From assembly GCA_038496445.1 (NCBI GenBank), contig JALMLS010000074.1, forward strand, positions 62,001 through 126,000: a DNA stretch of 64,000 nucleotides, written 5' to 3'. Source of the DNA: Trichosphaerium sp. ATCC 40318. Taxonomy: Eukaryota; Protista; Tubulinea. How positions within the stretch are numbered: position 1 is the first letter of the stretch; the number at the start of each line of letters is the position of its first letter. Below, one piece after another: positions 62,775 to 64,000 of the stretch. A model generated the notes under the pieces. It was not told the DNA's origin. It ran no database searches and saw nothing but the letters and a program-made list of their open reading frames with translations. A program made the translations under genes and the position numbers.

Positions 62775-63709
62775 ATGCGCGCACGAGCAAGTCAAGCACG
62801 CCGTGAAGATGCCGAAGAGTTAGAGAAACCGACAAATTTCATTGGAGATATTGTGTTCGATACGCCTATTGAGACGGAACAAGAGGAAACAACTGCAAAC
62901 CAAAACGAGCAAAACGAGGAAGAAATTACCCAACCGGAAAACAAAAAGGCCGTTGTGCGTCCACAGACGTCCACGCTATCAACCCTTAGTGCTAGAATTA
63001 AAACAGCACTTCGTTTACAAAGAACAACATTCAAAGGTGTAGAAGGATACATAGCTGGGACAGAGTGCGTTTAAGCTTCTGTCGGAACCACTAACAGTTA
63101 TTTTGCGTAGATACATTACAGCCGTACTTCACATCGAAGAAGACCTGCCAAACGGCCCTTATTGCGTAGTACTCCAACGTGACCCTCCTCTTGTAAACGC
63201 CCGAGAATCTGTTTCTCGATTAACAGTGAGGTGCGTCAATTCCTGCTTCACACGCTACCAAACGCGTCTACTAATCATAAAACAAAGGCTTGGGTGCTCT
63301 GGTGAAAGTACTGTCGAACAGCTAACTGACGCTATGGTCCTCGTTATTGAACAGCAAGCTCTATCTCCGGCAATGCGTACGCTTTCATCGGCTTATTCAT
63401 TTGCTCTGCGGAATTCGAACTAAAACCGTTAAACGTGCTTCCAGCAATTCCTTCAATTCGTTCAATGAGTTAATTAGCTGTATGCTTAGGCGACAGGCGG
63501 TTTATTGGATGTGATGTTTCTCAAATACACTACAAAGGTTCTCCAGTACCTGTTCTTGGCACTGTTGGTGCTTTAGGCTTCAAACATAACGATGCACTCG
63601 AAGGGCGTGTACGCGCTTACAAACACCCACGTTTGAGGAGCTCAGCGAAGTAACGGTTGAACCCAAATAAGAATCAACAATTTTTTTTTGTAGATTCGAC
63701 AAATTGTAA
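62775..63709 (+). CDS. Hypothetical protein, acidic N-terminus, possible ubiquitin-like C-terminal domain
   Basis: Spliceable exons ...RLGCSGESTVEQLTDAM...IHYKGSPVPVLGTVGALGFKHNDALE; 3' end approximate. Confidence 0.5.
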
Positions 63710-63711
63710 AT

Positions 63712-64000
63712 TTAGTAAGTGGTGAAAGAAGCCGCCAAGACGTTAATGGCATGGATAGTATCATAGCAGTTAGAGGAGCGTAATTGCGGTGAATAAAATT
63801 GTGCTATGAGAAAGTTAAGATTTACTTTGTTTGACCTCAGCTGTCTTTTTAAGATTTGATTGTCTACGTAGTCAGATGTATTGTGTAATGACGTAATAAA
63901 CGGTATGGGGAGTAAAGTAGGACAATCGAGTGTGCTTTTTACAGTATGTTTACTGGGTTCTTGGATGATACTTAATATATCGTGCAATTTCTTCAATTGG
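63712..64000 (-). CDS. 3' end of a convergent gene continuing beyond the window
   Basis: Frame open from the window edge to the stop at 63712; no recognisable motif. Confidence 0.45.
   Translation of the reverse strand, partial: QLKKLHDILSIIQEPSKHTVKSTLDCPTLLPIPFITSLHNTSDYVDNQILKRQLRSNKVNLNFLIAQFYSPQLRSSNCYDTIHAINVLAASFTTY

Noticed and set aside
1-64000. tRNA, rRNA, snRNA genes, transposase or reverse transcriptase ORFs, prokaryotic operons
   Set aside because: No hallmark motifs recognised by eye; a covariance-model search was not possible

Overview
This is AT-rich (about 35% GC by eye), gene-dense eukaryotic DNA with very many short introns (mostly 35-100 nt), so the supplied ORF track shows only exon fragments. 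Gene content points to an amoeboid protist, probably Amoebozoa (inference). I spliced about 25 genes by hand. Signalling and cytoskeleton: Ras-family GTPase, 34-kDa-type actin-bundling protein, giant villin/supervillin-like gene, CUE protein, Costars-domain protein, vinculin/alpha-catenin-family protein, C2-LRR protein and a divergent ADF/cofilin. Paralogous pairs: two tandem F-box genes and two type-I membrane proteins. Others: NDUFS4, a glycosyltransferase, a mitochondrial PPR-like protein, an ependymin-like protein, a GPI-type Cys-rich surface protein, dienelactone hydrolase, an 11-kb CLU-RCC1-SAM gene, a disrupted F-box/MORN-variant gene and a sulfatase. The strongest unexplained signal is non-coding. 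The palindrome CACGTG occurs about 60 times (about 6 expected from base composition), mostly in introns and intergenic DNA. It is linked to an unusually frequent class of GC-AG introns whose donor, GCACGT(G), itself forms the motif. Gene ends and splice models are manual and unverified.
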